Assembly (NCBI RefSeq): GCF_003334765.1
Contig: NZ_QOWT01000002.1
Length of the DNA: 64,000 nt
Direction: 5' to 3' (one strand)
Source of the DNA: Escherichia coli
Lineage (GTDB): Bacteria; Pseudomonadota; Gammaproteobacteria; Enterobacterales; Enterobacteriaceae
The translations under genes were made by a program, and so were the position numbers. Each line of letters begins with the position of its first letter. Position 1 is the stretch's first letter. This document shows, piece after piece, positions 22,876 to 34,553 of the stretch. The notes beneath the pieces are model-generated. The model searched no databases and was not told the origin of the DNA. It saw only the letters and a list, made by a program, of their open reading frames with translations.

Positions 22876-22969
22876 AGAAAGCATAATACTTCTGTTTCAG
22901 CACGCAAGGAAAGCCGTAAAGTTATGAGCAAAAGTTTGATGTGCTGCACAATTTTTTGCCATTTTTCCT

Positions 22970-23002
22970 AATTGCTGATGGGAAAATCCGTTATCAGCAA
23001 TT
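22970..23002. promoter_or_regulatory. Perfect 10-bp inverted repeat AATTGCTGAT-N13-ATCAGCAATT between the divergent fruB and setB promoters; candidate regulator site
   Basis: Seen directly in the sequence; no protein assigned. Confidence 0.35.
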
Positions 23003-23142
23003 TCATTTCAGCAGCGTCAGCAGCCAATCAGCAACAGTGAAATGGCATTTTGACTATTCGTGGCGCTTTTGATTTCGCTGTCTGTTTATTTTCTGACAAG
23101 CAGCGTAAACTCCGCGTCTTCCTCTTCCAGTGATCGACCAGC

Positions 23143-24324
23143 ATGCATAACTCCCCCGCAGTCTCCAGCGCGAAATCGTTTGACCTGACCTCGACGGCGT
23201 TTTTAATCGTTGCCTTTCTCACCGGTATTGCGGGCGCTCTGCAAACCCCGACACTCAGTATTTTTCTTACCGATGAAGTACATGCCCGTCCGGCGATGGT
23301 GGGATTCTTCTTTACCGGCAGCGCTGTCATTGGGATTCTGGTAAGTCAGTTTCTCGCCGGGCGCTCTGATAAGCGCGGCGATCGCAAATCGCTGATTGTC
23401 TTTTGCTGCCTGTTAGGCGTGCTGGCCTGCACCCTTTTTGCCTGGAATCGCAACTACTTTGTTTTGCTATTCGTTGGCGTCTTTCTTAGCAGCTTTGGCT
23501 CGACCGCTAACCCGCAAATGTTTGCCCTTGCCCGTGAACATGCCGACAAAACCGGACGTGAGGCGGTGATGTTCAGCTCTTTTTTACGCGCTCAGGTTTC
23601 ACTGGCATGGGTCATTGGCCCACCGCTGGCTTATGCCTTAGCGATGGGTTTCAGCTTTACGGTAATGTATCTGAGCGCAGCGGTAGCGTTTATTGTTTGC
23701 GGTGTGATGGTGTGGCTGTTTTTACCGTCGATGCAAAAAGAGCTTCCGCTGGCGACCGGCACGATCGAAGCGCCGCGCCGTAACCGTCGCGATACGCTGC
23801 TGCTGTTTGTCATTTGTACATTGATGTGGGGCTCGAACAGCCTGTACATCATCAACATGCCGCTATTTATTATCAACGAACTGCATCTTCCCGAGAAACT
23901 GGCCGGTGTGATGATGGGGACCGCCGCCGGGCTGGAAATCCCGACGATGTTGATTGCCGGATATTTCGCCAAACGTCTGGGTAAGCGTTTCTTAATGCGC
24001 GTTGCTGCCGTGGGTGGCGTCTGTTTTTACGCAGGAATGCTGATGGCGCATTCACCTGTCATTCTGTTGGGCTTGCAGCTGCTAAATGCTATTTTTATTG
24101 GCATTCTGGGCGGCATCGGGATGCTCTATTTTCAGGATCTGATGCCCGGTCAGGCGGGTTCAGCCACCACGCTCTATACCAACACTTCGCGCGTGGGCTG
24201 GATCATCGCAGGATCAGTGGCGGGCATCGTCGCCGAGATCTGGAATTATCACGCTGTGTTCTGGTTTGCGATGGTGATGATTATCGCCACTCTGTTTTGC
24301 TTACTGCGGATTAAAGATGTTTAA
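23143..24324 (+). CDS. setB: Sugar efflux transporter B (MFS), 393 aa
   Basis: ORF track 393 aa; MFS 12-TM profile. Confidence 0.93.
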
Positions 24325-24575
24325 GGCGCGGTCAGCATTTCCAGATCGATAAGCCAGGTCATGGCCTGCTGACGCGAGTTACCGCACATTTCAGCGCTGG
24401 CTTGTAAGCCTGCACAGACTTTCGGTCGCAGTGGCGAGGTGAAAATTTTACAGCGTTGCTGTTCATCAAGCTGAATGCAGGGCGTATTGGCGGGCTTGCC
24501 ATCTGGCATACCGGGAATAGGGCTGGAAATTGAAGGGGCAGTGCAACACGCCCCGCAACCCGGACGGCATTCCAT
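24321..24575 (-). CDS. yeiW: Small cysteine-cluster protein YeiW (UPF0153), 84 aa from [11 protein letters not shown]...; track ORF extends 44 codons further upstream
   Basis: Cys-rich N-terminus (CxxxCxxCC); conventional start is internal to the 128-aa track ORF; stop codon overlaps the setB stop. Confidence 0.8.
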
Positions 24576-24729
24576 ACGTTGTTCTCTTAAGGTTAACCAC
24601 CGGATTGATGAGCGCGCACAGTACCACCTTTTTTGCACCAGCAAAAGTGCGAATACCACTTGCCCGAAAGGCCCGTCGCGAGTACTTTGTCGCGATATTT
24701 TTGACATTTTCGACTACAGGAATTTTTCG

Positions 24730-25302
24730 ATGCCAAGAGCGAACGAAATTAAAAAAGGTATGGTACTGAATTACAACGGCAAACTGCTGCTGGTTAAGGA
24801 TATTGATATTCAGTCGCCCACTGCCCGCGGTGCCGCTACGCTGTACAAAATGCGTTTTTCTGATGTCCGTACCGGGCTGAAAGTAGAAGAGCGTTTCAAA
24901 GGTGATGATATCGTTGACACCGTGACGCTGACCCGCCGTTACGTTGACTTCTCCTATGTCGATGGCAACGAATATGTCTTTATGGATAAAGAAGACTATA
25001 CCCCGTATACCTTCACCAAAGATCAGATTGAAGAAGAGTTGCTGTTTATGCCAGAGGGCGGCATGCCGGACATGCAGGTGCTGACCTGGGACGGTCAACT
25101 GCTGGCGCTTGAGCTGCCGCAGACCGTTGATCTGGAAATCGTTGAAACCGCACCAGGCATCAAAGGGGCATCTGCCAGCGCCCGTAACAAACCGGCGACA
25201 TTGAGCACTGGTCTGGTGATTCAGGTACCAGAATACTTAAGCCCGGGCGAAAAAATTCGTATCCATATCGAAGAACGCCGTTATATGGGGCGTGCTGACT
25301 AA
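24730..25302 (+). CDS. yeiP: Elongation factor P-like protein YeiP (EfpL), 190 aa
   Basis: Internal ATG of the 275-aa track ORF gives [24 protein letters not shown]..., an EF-P-like KOW/OB fold. Confidence 0.92.
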
Positions 25303-25321
25303 CTTCAGCCGCATGCAGAAA

Positions 25322-25348
25322 AGGGATAGCTCAGGCTGTCCCTTTTTT
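25322..25348 (+). terminator. Rho-independent terminator after yeiP
   Basis: Hairpin AGGGAUAGC-UCAG-GCUGUCCCU followed by TTTTTT. Confidence 0.75.
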
Positions 25349-25524
25349 AATTTATTATACCAATCTTCTATTTTGCGCTTCCTGAACACCTTACGCCCTC
25401 AATTTTCACTCGTTGATTGATCGCCCTCACACTTCATCGCATTAACAATCCAGACCAATTTCAATTGCTGTCATATAACTTTACACTGTCGTTGTTAATT
25501 AATCGTTACTAAGACGTGACTCCT

Positions 25525-26991
25525 ATGAATACAATCGCCTCCGTTACGCTCCCGCATCATGTACACGCTCCACGCTATGATCGCCAGCAGTTGCAATCAC
25601 GTATCGTTCATTTTGGCTTTGGAGCCTTTCACCGCGCTCATCAGGCGTTACTGACCGATCGTGTGCTGAATGCCCAGGGCGGCGACTGGGGGATCTGTGA
25701 AATCAGCTTGTTCAGCGGTGATCAACTGATGAGCCAGCTCCGCGCACAGAACCATTTATATACCGTGCTGGAGAAAGGTGCGGACGGCAATCAGGTGATA
25801 ATTGTCGGTGCCGTTCACGAATGCCTTAATGCAAAACTGGATTCCTTAGCGGCAATTATTGAGAAATTTTGCGAGCCACAGGTGGCAATTGTTTCCCTGA
25901 CGATTACCGAAAAAGGCTATTGTATTGACCCGGCCACCGGTGCACTCGACACCAGTAATCCGCGGATTATTCACGATCTACAAACCCCTGAAGAACCTCA
26001 CTCCGCACCGGGTATTCTCGTCGAAGCACTGAAACGCCGCCGTGAGCGCGGCCTTACACCGTTTACCGTGCTCTCCTGCGACAATATTCCCGACAATGGT
26101 CATGTGGTGAAAAACGCGGTGCTGGGAATGGCAGAAAAACGTTCGCCAGAACTCGCCGGGTGGATAAAAGAGCACGTCAGTTTTCCGGGAACCATGGTCG
26201 ACCGCATTGTTCCGGCTGCAACCGACGAATCACTGGTGGAAATCAGCCAGCATCTGGGGGTGAATGATCCCTGCGCGATTAGCTGCGAACCGTTTATCCA
26301 GTGGGTGGTGGAAGATAACTTCGTCGCTGGGCGTCCTGCCTGGGAAGTCGCAGGTGTACAAATGGTGAATGATGTCCTGCCATGGGAAGAGATGAAACTG
26401 CGGATGCTTAATGGCAGCCACTCTTTTCTCGCTTATCTGGGTTACCTCTCAGGATTCGCCCATATCAGTGATTGCATGCAGGATCGCGCATTTCGCCATG
26501 CCGCCAGAACATTAATGCTGGATGAGCAAGCGCCGACACTGCAAATTAAAGATGTCGATTTAACACAATATGCGGATAAGTTAATTGCACGTTTTGCTAA
26601 TCCGGCGCTGAAACATAAGACCTGGCAAATCGCGATGGATGGCAGCCAGAAATTACCGCAACGCATGCTGGCAGGTATTCGCATACATCAGGGGCGCGAA
26701 ACGGACTGGTCGTTGCTGGCATTAGGCGTTGCAGGCTGGATGCGTTACGTCAGCGGCGTTGATGATGCCGGAAATGCCATTGATGTTCGCGATCCGCTTA
26801 GCGATAAAATTCGCGAACTTGTTGCGGGCAGCAGCAGTGAACAACGCGTAACCGCCCTGCTTTCCCTGCGTGAAGTTTTCGGTGATGATCTGCCAGATAA
26901 CCCGCATTTTGTGCAGGCCATCGAACAAGCCTGGCAACAAATCGTACAATTCGGCGCACATCAGGCGCTATTAAACACCCTCAAAATTTAA
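25525..26991 (+). CDS. yeiQ: Mannitol-dehydrogenase-family (long-chain) oxidoreductase YeiQ; ATG at 25525, track ORF starts at GTG 25516
   Basis: ORF track 491 aa; resembles mannonate/altronate oxidoreductase family. Confidence 0.9.
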   Translation: MNTIASVTLPHHVHAPRYDRQQLQSRIVHFGFGAFHRAHQALLTDRVLNAQGGDWGICEISLFSGDQLMSQLRAQNHLYTVLEKGADGNQVIIVGAVHECLNAKLDSLAAIIEKFCEPQVAIVSLTITEKGYCIDPATGALDTSNPRIIHDLQTPEEPHSAPGILVEALKRRRERGLTPFTVLSCDNIPDNGHVVKNAVLGMAEKRSPELAGWIKEHVSFPGTMVDRIVPAATDESLVEISQHLGVNDPCAISCEPFIQWVVEDNFVAGRPAWEVAGVQMVNDVLPWEEMKLRMLNGSHSFLAYLGYLSGFAHISDCMQDRAFRHAARTLMLDEQAPTLQIKDVDLTQYADKLIARFANPALKHKTWQIAMDGSQKLPQRMLAGIRIHQGRETDWSLLALGVAGWMRYVSGVDDAGNAIDVRDPLSDKIRELVAGSSSEQRVTALLSLREVFGDDLPDNPHFVQAIEQAWQQIVQFGAHQALLNTLKI

Positions 26992-27108
26992 CGATTTCTG
27001 CGGTTAAAGCGGATGAAGCTCACCTTCGTCCGCTCTCCCCTTCTCTTTTCTGCCTTTTTTAGCCAGGATTAACGCTCAGTTAACTTACCAGAGTATTGCG
27101 GAGCCGTT

Positions 27109-28095
27109 GTGACCAGGACCAACCTCATCACCGGTTTTCTCGGCAGCGGGAAAACCACGTCGATTCTTCATCTGTTAGCCCATAAAGATCCCAACGAAAA
27201 ATGGGCGGTACTGGTTAATGAATTTGGGGAAGTCGGAATTGATGGTGCTTTGCTCGCCGATAGCGGCGCATTGCTGAAAGAGATCCCCGGCGGCTGCATG
27301 TGCTGCGTTAATGGTTTACCCATGCAGGTAGGGTTGAATACCTTACTGCGTCAGGGAAAACCAGACCGCTTGTTGATAGAGCCGACCGGGCTGGGCCATC
27401 CGAAACAGATCCTCGATCTGTTAACCGCACCAGTCTATGAACCGTGGATAGATCTGCGCGCCACCTTGTGCATTCTCGATCCGCGCTTGCTGCTGGACGA
27501 AAAAAGCGCCAGCAATGAAAACTTCCGTGACCAGCTGGCTGCCGCAGACATCATTGTCGCCAATAAATCCGACCGTACGACGCCCGAAAGTGAGCAAGCG
27601 CTACAGCGTTGGTGGCAGCAAAATGGTGGCGATCGACAATTAATTCACAGTGAGCATGGGAAAGTTGACGGTCATCTTCTGGATTTGCCGCGTCGCAATT
27701 TAGCCGAGTTGCCCGCCAGCGCCGCGCATTCTCATCAGCATGTCGTGAAAAAAGGGTTAGCAGCGTTAAGCCTGCCAGAGCATCAACGCTGGCGTCGCAG
27801 TCTGAACAGCGGGCAAGGATATCAGGCCTGCGGCTGGATATTCGACGCTGATACGGTATTCGACACCATTGGCATTCTGGAATGGGCGCGACTTGCACCG
27901 GTGGAACGCGTCAAAGGCGTGCTGCGTATTCCCGAAGGGCTGGTGCGAATCAACCGTCAGGGCGATGACCTGCACATTGAAACGCAAAACGTTGCGCCAC
28001 CGGACAGCCGTATTGAGCTGATTTCCAGCAGCGAAGCTGACTGGAATGCCTTGCAGAGCGCGCTGTTGAAGCTTCGTTTAGCGACTACCGCGTAA
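27109..28095 (+). CDS. yeiR: COG0523-family GTPase YeiR (putative zinc metallochaperone), 328 aa
   Basis: ORF track 328 aa; P-loop GFLGSGKTT and CxCC motif (GGCMCCVNG). Confidence 0.92.
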   Translation: MTRTNLITGFLGSGKTTSILHLLAHKDPNEKWAVLVNEFGEVGIDGALLADSGALLKEIPGGCMCCVNGLPMQVGLNTLLRQGKPDRLLIEPTGLGHPKQILDLLTAPVYEPWIDLRATLCILDPRLLLDEKSASNENFRDQLAAADIIVANKSDRTTPESEQALQRWWQQNGGDRQLIHSEHGKVDGHLLDLPRRNLAELPASAAHSHQHVVKKGLAALSLPEHQRWRRSLNSGQGYQACGWIFDADTVFDTIGILEWARLAPVERVKGVLRIPEGLVRINRQGDDLHIETQNVAPPDSRIELISSSEADWNALQSALLKLRLATTA

Positions 28096-28133
28096 GGTTG
28101 CCTGCGTTTTTCAGTAAGATAATTAGAGAAAAT

Positions 28134-28847
28134 ATGATTAAAAATTTGCCGCAAATAGTGTTGTTGAATATTGTCGGCCTCGCGCTGTTTCTTTCCTGGT
28201 ATATCCCCGTTAATCATGGATTCTGGTTGCCGATTGATGCGGATATTTTTTATTTCTTTAATCAGAAACTGGTCGAAAGTAAGGCCTTTTTGTGGCTGGT
28301 TGCATTGACCAACAATCGCGCCTTCGACGGTTGTTCACTGCTGGCGATGGGTATGTTGATGCTGAGTTTCTGGCTGAAAGAAAACGCCCCTGGCAGACGA
28401 CGTATCGTGATTATTGGTCTGGTCATGCTATTAACTGCAGTGGTATTAAACCAGCTGGGTCAGGCATTAATTCCTGTAAAACGGGCCAGCCCAACATTGA
28501 CTTTTACCGATATTAACCGCGTCAGCGAACTGCTCTCTGTTCCCACGAAAGATGCCTCACGAGATAGCTTTCCCGGCGATCACGGCATGATGCTGCTTAT
28601 TTTTTCGGCATTCATGTGGCGTTATTTCGGCAAAGTTGCAGGCCTTATCGCCCTTATTATTTTTGTGGTTTTTGCATTTCCCAGAGTAATGATTGGCGCA
28701 CACTGGTTTACTGACATCATTGTCGGTTCGATGACCGTGATATTGATCGGTTTGCCCTGGGTGTTGCTGACGCCATTAAGTGATCGATTAATCACCTTTT
28801 TTGACAAATCACTACCAGGAAAAAACAAACATTTCCAAAACAAATAA
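28134..28847 (+). CDS. lpxT: Lipid A 1-diphosphate synthase LpxT/YeiU (PAP2 family), 237 aa from MIKNLPQIV...; track ORF starts at TTG 28098
   Basis: ORF track 249 aa; PAP2 phosphatase membrane protein. Confidence 0.9.
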   Translation: MIKNLPQIVLLNIVGLALFLSWYIPVNHGFWLPIDADIFYFFNQKLVESKAFLWLVALTNNRAFDGCSLLAMGMLMLSFWLKENAPGRRRIVIIGLVMLLTAVVLNQLGQALIPVKRASPTLTFTDINRVSELLSVPTKDASRDSFPGDHGMMLLIFSAFMWRYFGKVAGLIALIIFVVFAFPRVMIGAHWFTDIIVGSMTVILIGLPWVLLTPLSDRLITFFDKSLPGKNKHFQNK

Positions 28848-29258
28848 CTCACAGTAATTAACATCATCAGGGTTATTTTTATAGTGAGGATAATCCTGAT
28901 GATGCGCACCGTGCTTTCATCTATCGAACGCAAAAATCATTCTCTAAGTAAATGAATGGATTGCATGCGTTTCACTCAATTGTACTTTAATTGACCAACC
29001 CCACTTATTAACTTTCTGTATCACTTTTTCTTATAAAAAATCATGTAAAACCGCTCGCCAAGACCGCACCAATCGGGTAATCTCGAACTCGTTTTGCCTC
29101 GGCGGTAGATTATCCTCACAGCATATAATTTTGTGCGTTAGTCCACAGATTTGGCCTTAAGGAATTGTTTCAACATGCCCAGGTAATTAGTCTCGTGTCG
29201 CTTGGCATTTTTTTATAACGATATTTGTCGTTAAGGACTTCAAGGGAAAACAAACAAC

Positions 29259-29825
29259 ATGGTCAAATCTCAACCGATTTTGAGATATATCTTGCGCGGG
29301 ATTCCCGCGATTGCAGTAGCGGTTCTGCTTTCTGCATGTAGTGCAAATAACACCGCAAAGAATATGCATCCTGAGACACGTGCAGTGGGTAGTGAAACAT
29401 CATCACTGCAAGCTTCTCAGGATGAATTTGAAAACCTGGTTCGTAATGTCGACGTAAAATCGCGAATTATGGATCAGTATGCTGACTGGAAAGGCGTACG
29501 TTATCGTCTGGGCGGCAGCACTAAAAAAGGTATCGATTGTTCTGGTTTCGTACAGCGTACATTCCGTGAGCAATTTGGCTTAGAACTTCCGCGTTCGACT
29601 TACGAACAGCAGGAAATGGGTAAATCTGTTTCCCGCAGTAATTTGCGTACGGGTGATTTAGTTCTGTTCCGTGCCGGTTCAACGGGACGCCATGTCGGTA
29701 TTTATATCGGCAACAATCAGTTTGTCCATGCTTCCACCAGCAGTGGTGTTATTATTTCCAGCATGAATGAACCGTACTGGAAGAAGCGTTACAACGAAGC
29801 ACGCCGGGTTCTCAGCCGCAGCTAA
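29259..29825 (+). CDS. mepS: Murein DD-endopeptidase MepS/Spr (NlpC/P60 lipoprotein), 188 aa
   Basis: ORF track 188 aa; lipobox LLSAC, catalytic Cys in DCSGFV. Confidence 0.95.
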
Positions 29826-29870
29826 TAAACCGTTTGGATGCAATCCCTTGGCTATCCTGACGAGTTAACT

Positions 29871-29900
29871 GAAAGCACTGCTTAGGCAGTGCTTTTTTGT
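29871..29900 (+). terminator. Rho-independent terminator after mepS
   Basis: aagcactgc-ttag-gcagtgctt hairpin followed by TTTTTTGTTTT. Confidence 0.85.
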
Positions 29901-30005
29901 TTTCATTCATCAGAGAAAATGATGTTTCCGCGTCTTGATCCAGGCTATAGTCCGGTCATTGTTATCTTTTAAATGTTGTCGTAATTTCAGGAAATTAACG
30001 GAATC

Positions 30006-31562
30006 ATGTTCATACGCGCTCCCAATTTTGGACGTAAGCTCCTGCTTACCTGCATTGTTGCAGGCGTAATGATTGCGATACTGGTGAGTTGCCTTCAGTT
30101 TTTAGTGGCCTGGCATAAGCACGAAGTCAAATACGACACACTGATTACCGACGTACAAAAGTATCTCGATACCTATTTTGCCGACCTGAAATCCACTACT
30201 GACCGGCTCCAGCCGCTGACCTTAGATACCTGCCAGCAAGCTAACCCCGAACTGACCGCCCGCGCAGCGTTTAGCATGAATGTCCGAACGTTTGTGCTGG
30301 TGAAAGATAAAAAAACATTCTGTTCATCTGCGACCGGTGAGATGGACATTCCACTCAATGAATTGATTCCGGCGCTCGACATTAATAAAAACGTCGATAT
30401 GGCGATCTTACCCGGCACGCCGATGGTGCCGAACAAACCCGCAATCGTCATCTGGTATCGCAACCCTTTGCTGAAAAATAGCGGCGTCTTTGCCGCTCTG
30501 AATCTCAACCTGACGCCTTCACTCTTTTATAGTTCACGGCAGGAAGATTACGATGGCGTCGCCCTCATTATTGGCAATACTGCGCTATCTACCTTTTCTT
30601 CACGTTTGATGAACGTTAACGAATTAACCGACATGCCAGTCCGTGAAACTAAAATTGCGGGCATTCCTCTGACCGTTCGGCTTTATGCAGATGACTGGAC
30701 ATGGAACGATGTGTGGTACGCATTTTTACTGGGCGGCATGAGTGGAACTGTCGTTGGCCTGCTCTGCTATTACCTGATGAGCGTACGTATGCGCCCCGGC
30801 AGAGAAATCATGACCGCCATCAAGCGCGAACAATTTTACGTGGCGTATCAACCGGTGGTGGATACACAAGCTTTGCGAGTAACGGGCCTGGAAGTACTGC
30901 TACGCTGGCGGCATCCTGTCGCGGGAGAAATTCCCCCGGATGCCTTCATTAACTTTGCCGAATCGCAAAAGATGATTGTGCCGCTGACTCAGCACCTGTT
31001 TGAGTTAATTGCCCGCGATGCCGCAGAATTAGAAAAAGTGCTGCCGGTAGGCGTCAAATTTGGTATTAACATTGCGCCGGACCATCTGCACAGCGAAAGC
31101 TTTAAAGCAGATATCCAGAAACTGCTCACTTCCCTGCCCGCACACCATTTCCAGATTGTGCTGGAAATTACCGAGCGCGATATGTTGAAAGAGCAAGAAG
31201 CCACACAACTCTTCGCCTGGCTGCACTCGGTCGGCGTAGAAATTGCTATTGATGACTTCGGCACCGGGCACAGCGCGCTTATCTATCTTGAGCGTTTTAC
31301 GCTCGATTATCTGAAAATTGACCGTGGATTTATCAACGCCATCGGTACGGAAACGATCACTTCCCCCGTACTTGACGCGGTGCTGACGCTGGCGAAACGC
31401 CTCAATATGCTGACGGTTGCTGAAGGGGTCGAAACGCCGGAACAGGCGCGATGGCTAAGCGAACGCGGCGTTAATTTCATGCAAGGCTACTGGATTAGCC
31501 GCCCGTTACCGCTGGACGATTTTGTTCGCTGGCTAAAGAAACCGTATACGCCGCAGTGGTAA
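30006..31562 (+). CDS. rtn: c-di-GMP phosphodiesterase PdeN/Rtn (periplasmic CSS domain + EAL domain), 518 aa
   Basis: ORF track 518 aa; N-terminal TM and periplasmic domain, C-terminal EAL domain (EVLLRW variant). Confidence 0.9.
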   Translation: MFIRAPNFGRKLLLTCIVAGVMIAILVSCLQFLVAWHKHEVKYDTLITDVQKYLDTYFADLKSTTDRLQPLTLDTCQQANPELTARAAFSMNVRTFVLVKDKKTFCSSATGEMDIPLNELIPALDINKNVDMAILPGTPMVPNKPAIVIWYRNPLLKNSGVFAALNLNLTPSLFYSSRQEDYDGVALIIGNTALSTFSSRLMNVNELTDMPVRETKIAGIPLTVRLYADDWTWNDVWYAFLLGGMSGTVVGLLCYYLMSVRMRPGREIMTAIKREQFYVAYQPVVDTQALRVTGLEVLLRWRHPVAGEIPPDAFINFAESQKMIVPLTQHLFELIARDAAELEKVLPVGVKFGINIAPDHLHSESFKADIQKLLTSLPAHHFQIVLEITERDMLKEQEATQLFAWLHSVGVEIAIDDFGTGHSALIYLERFTLDYLKIDRGFINAIGTETITSPVLDAVLTLAKRLNMLTVAEGVETPEQARWLSERGVNFMQGYWISRPLPLDDFVRWLKKPYTPQW

Positions 31563-31643
31563 GGTGTGCTTACGTCCCTTATTATTCATAGTGAAAGCAT
31601 GCCGGATTGCGGCTAATGATGAGTAAAAGGAAATCCGTTGCAG

Positions 31644-33458
31644 ATGATTGTGCGCATACTGCTGCTGTTTATCGCTCTGTTCACCTTTGGTGTGCAGGCG
31701 CAGGCTATCAAGGAAAGCTATGCCTTTGCCGTGCTGGGCGAACCCCGGTACGCGTTTAATTTCAACCATTTTGATTATGTGAACCCCGCCGCGCCAAAAG
31801 GTGGGCAGATAACGTTGTCAGCCCTCGGCACCTTCGATAATTTCAACCGCTATGCACTGCGCGGCAACCCGGGCGCACGCACCGAGCAGCTGTACGACAC
31901 GCTATTTACGACTTCCGATGACGAACCAGGCAGTTATTACCCGCTGATTGCTGAAAGCGCACGCTATGCTGACGATTATTCCTGGGTGGAGGTCGCTATT
32001 AATCCGCGCGCCCGTTTTCATGATGGTTCGCCCATTACTGCCCGCGATGTAGAGTTTACTTTTCAAAAATTTATGACCGAAGGCGTGCCGCAATTTCGTC
32101 TGGTCTACAAAGGCACCACCGTCAAAGCCATTGCACCGTTAACCGTGCGCATTGAGTTAGCTAAACCCGGCAAAGAAGATATGCTGAGTCTGTTTTCGCT
32201 GCCGGTATTTCCAGAAAAGTACTGGAAGGATCACAAACTTAGCGACCCGCTCGCCACGCCTCCGCTTGCCAGTGGTCCGTACCGCGTTACGTCCTGGAAA
32301 ATGGGGCAAAATATTGTCTATTCCCGTGTGAAAGATTACTGGGCAGCAAACTTACCGGTAAACCGTGGACGCTGGAATTTCGACACCATTCGCTACGATT
32401 ATTACCTCGATGATAATGTCGCCTTTGAAGCATTTAAAGCAGGTGCCTTTGATTTGCGTATGGAAAACGACGCCAAAAACTGGGCCACGCGTTATACCGG
32501 TAAAAATTTCGATAAAAAATACATCATCAAAGATGAGCAAAAGAACGAATCAGCCCAGGATACGCGTTGGCTGGCGTTTAATATCCAACGTCCGGTATTC
32601 AGCGATCGCCGGGTCCGGGAAGCTATCACTCTCGCCTTTGACTTTGAATGGATGAACAAGGCGTTGTTTTACAATGCCTGGAGTCGCACGAACAGTTATT
32701 TTCAGAATACCGAATACGCGGCCAGAAATTACCCCGACGCCGCGGAGCTGGTGCTTCTGGCACCAATGAAAAAAGATCTACCGTCAGAAGTCTTCACACA
32801 AATCTACCAGCCGCCGGTATCCAAAGGCGATGGCTACGATCGTGACAACCTGTTAAAAGCCGACAAACTTCTCAACGAAGCGGGCTGGGTGCTGAAGGGT
32901 CAGCAACGCGTTAATGCCACAACGGGTCAGCCACTCAGCTTTGAATTATTGCTTCCCGCAAGCAGCAATAGTCAGTGGGTATTGCCGTTCCAGCACAGCC
33001 TGCAACGGCTGGGTATCAACATGGACATTCGCAAGGTGGATAACTCGCAAATCACTAACCGCATGCGCAGTCGCGACTATGACATGATGCCGCGCGTATG
33101 GCGGGCGATGCCGTGGCCCAGTTCCGATTTACAGATTTCCTGGTCATCGGAATATATCAATTCCACTTATAATGCCCCCGGCGTGCAAAGCCCGGTTATC
33201 GACTCGCTGATCAACCAAATTATTGCCGCGCAGGGAAATAAAGAAAAATTACTGCCGTTGGGGCGAGCACTGGATCGCGTATTAACGTGGAATTATTACA
33301 TGCTGCCAATGTGGTACATGGCGGAAGACCGTCTCGCCTGGTGGGATAAATTCTCCCAGCCGGCCGTGCGCCCCATCTATAGCCTCGGTATCGATACCTG
33401 GTGGTATGACGTCAATAAAGCGGCCAAACTGCCGTCCGCCAGCAAACAGGGAGAGTAG
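31644..33458 (+). CDS. yejA: ABC transporter periplasmic substrate-binding protein YejA (peptide / microcin C uptake); ATG at 31644, track ORF starts at TTG 31638
   Basis: ORF track 606 aa; signal peptide, SBP family 5. Confidence 0.92.
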
Positions 33459-34553
33459 ATGGGCGCTTACCTGATTCGCCGTCTGTTGCTGGTGATCCCA
33501 ACATTATGGGCGATTATCACCATCAACTTTTTCATCGTGCAAATTGCGCCTGGCGGTCCGGTCGACCAGGCCATCGCCGCCATTGAGTTTGGTAATGCCG
33601 GAGTATTACCCGGCGCAGGCGGTGAAGGTGTTCGTGCCAGCCATGCGCAAACGGGTGTCGGCAATATCAGCGACAGTAATTACCGTGGCGGACGCGGATT
33701 AGATCCAGAAGTGATCGCTGAGATCACTCATCGCTACGGTTTTGATAAGCCGATCCACGAACGTTACTTCAAAATGCTCTGGGACTACATCCGCTTTGAT
33801 TTTGGCGATAGCCTGTTTCGCAGCGCCTCGGTGCTGACGCTGATTAAAGACAGTCTGCCGGTTTCCATCACCCTCGGATTGTGGAGCACGCTGATTATCT
33901 ATCTGGTGTCGATTCCGTTAGGCATTCGCAAAGCTGTTTATAATGGGAGCCGCTTTGACGTCTGGAGTAGCGCATTTATCATCATCGGCTACGCCATTCC
34001 GGCCTTTTTGTTTGCCATCCTGCTGATTGTCTTCTTCGCGGGCGGCAGCTATTTCGACCTGTTCCCTCTACGCGGCCTGGTTTCCGCTAACTTTGATTCG
34101 CTGCCGTGGTATCAGAAAATCACCGATTATCTGTGGCATATCACGCTGCCGGTGCTGGCGACAGTGATTGGTGGCTTTGCGGCGCTGACCATGCTGACAA
34201 AAAACTCATTCCTTGATGAAGTGCGCAAGCAATACGTGGTGACCGCGCGTGCGAAAGGGGTAAGTGAAAAAAATATTCTCTGGAAACATGTGTTCCGCAA
34301 CGCCATGCTGCTGGTGATTGCCGGTTTTCCGGCGACGTTTATCAGCATGTTTTTTACCGGCTCGCTGCTGATTGAGGTGATGTTTTCACTCAATGGTCTG
34401 GGCTTACTGGGCTACGAAGCGACCGTCTCGCGCGATTATCCTGTAATGTTTGGTACCTTGTATATTTTCACCCTGATTGGCCTGCTGCTGAATATTGTCA
34501 GTGATATCAGCTATACGCTGGTTGATCCGCGTATTGATTTTGAGGGACGTTAA
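33459..34553 (+). CDS. yejB: ABC transporter permease YejB, 364 aa
   Basis: ORF track 364 aa; immediately follows yejA. Confidence 0.92.

Noticed and set aside
28866-28910. Imperfect inverted repeat (catcagggtta...taatcctgatg) just after the lpxT stop, considered as a terminator
   Set aside because: Stem has a mismatch and no U-tract follows; at most a weak structure, not confidently a terminator.
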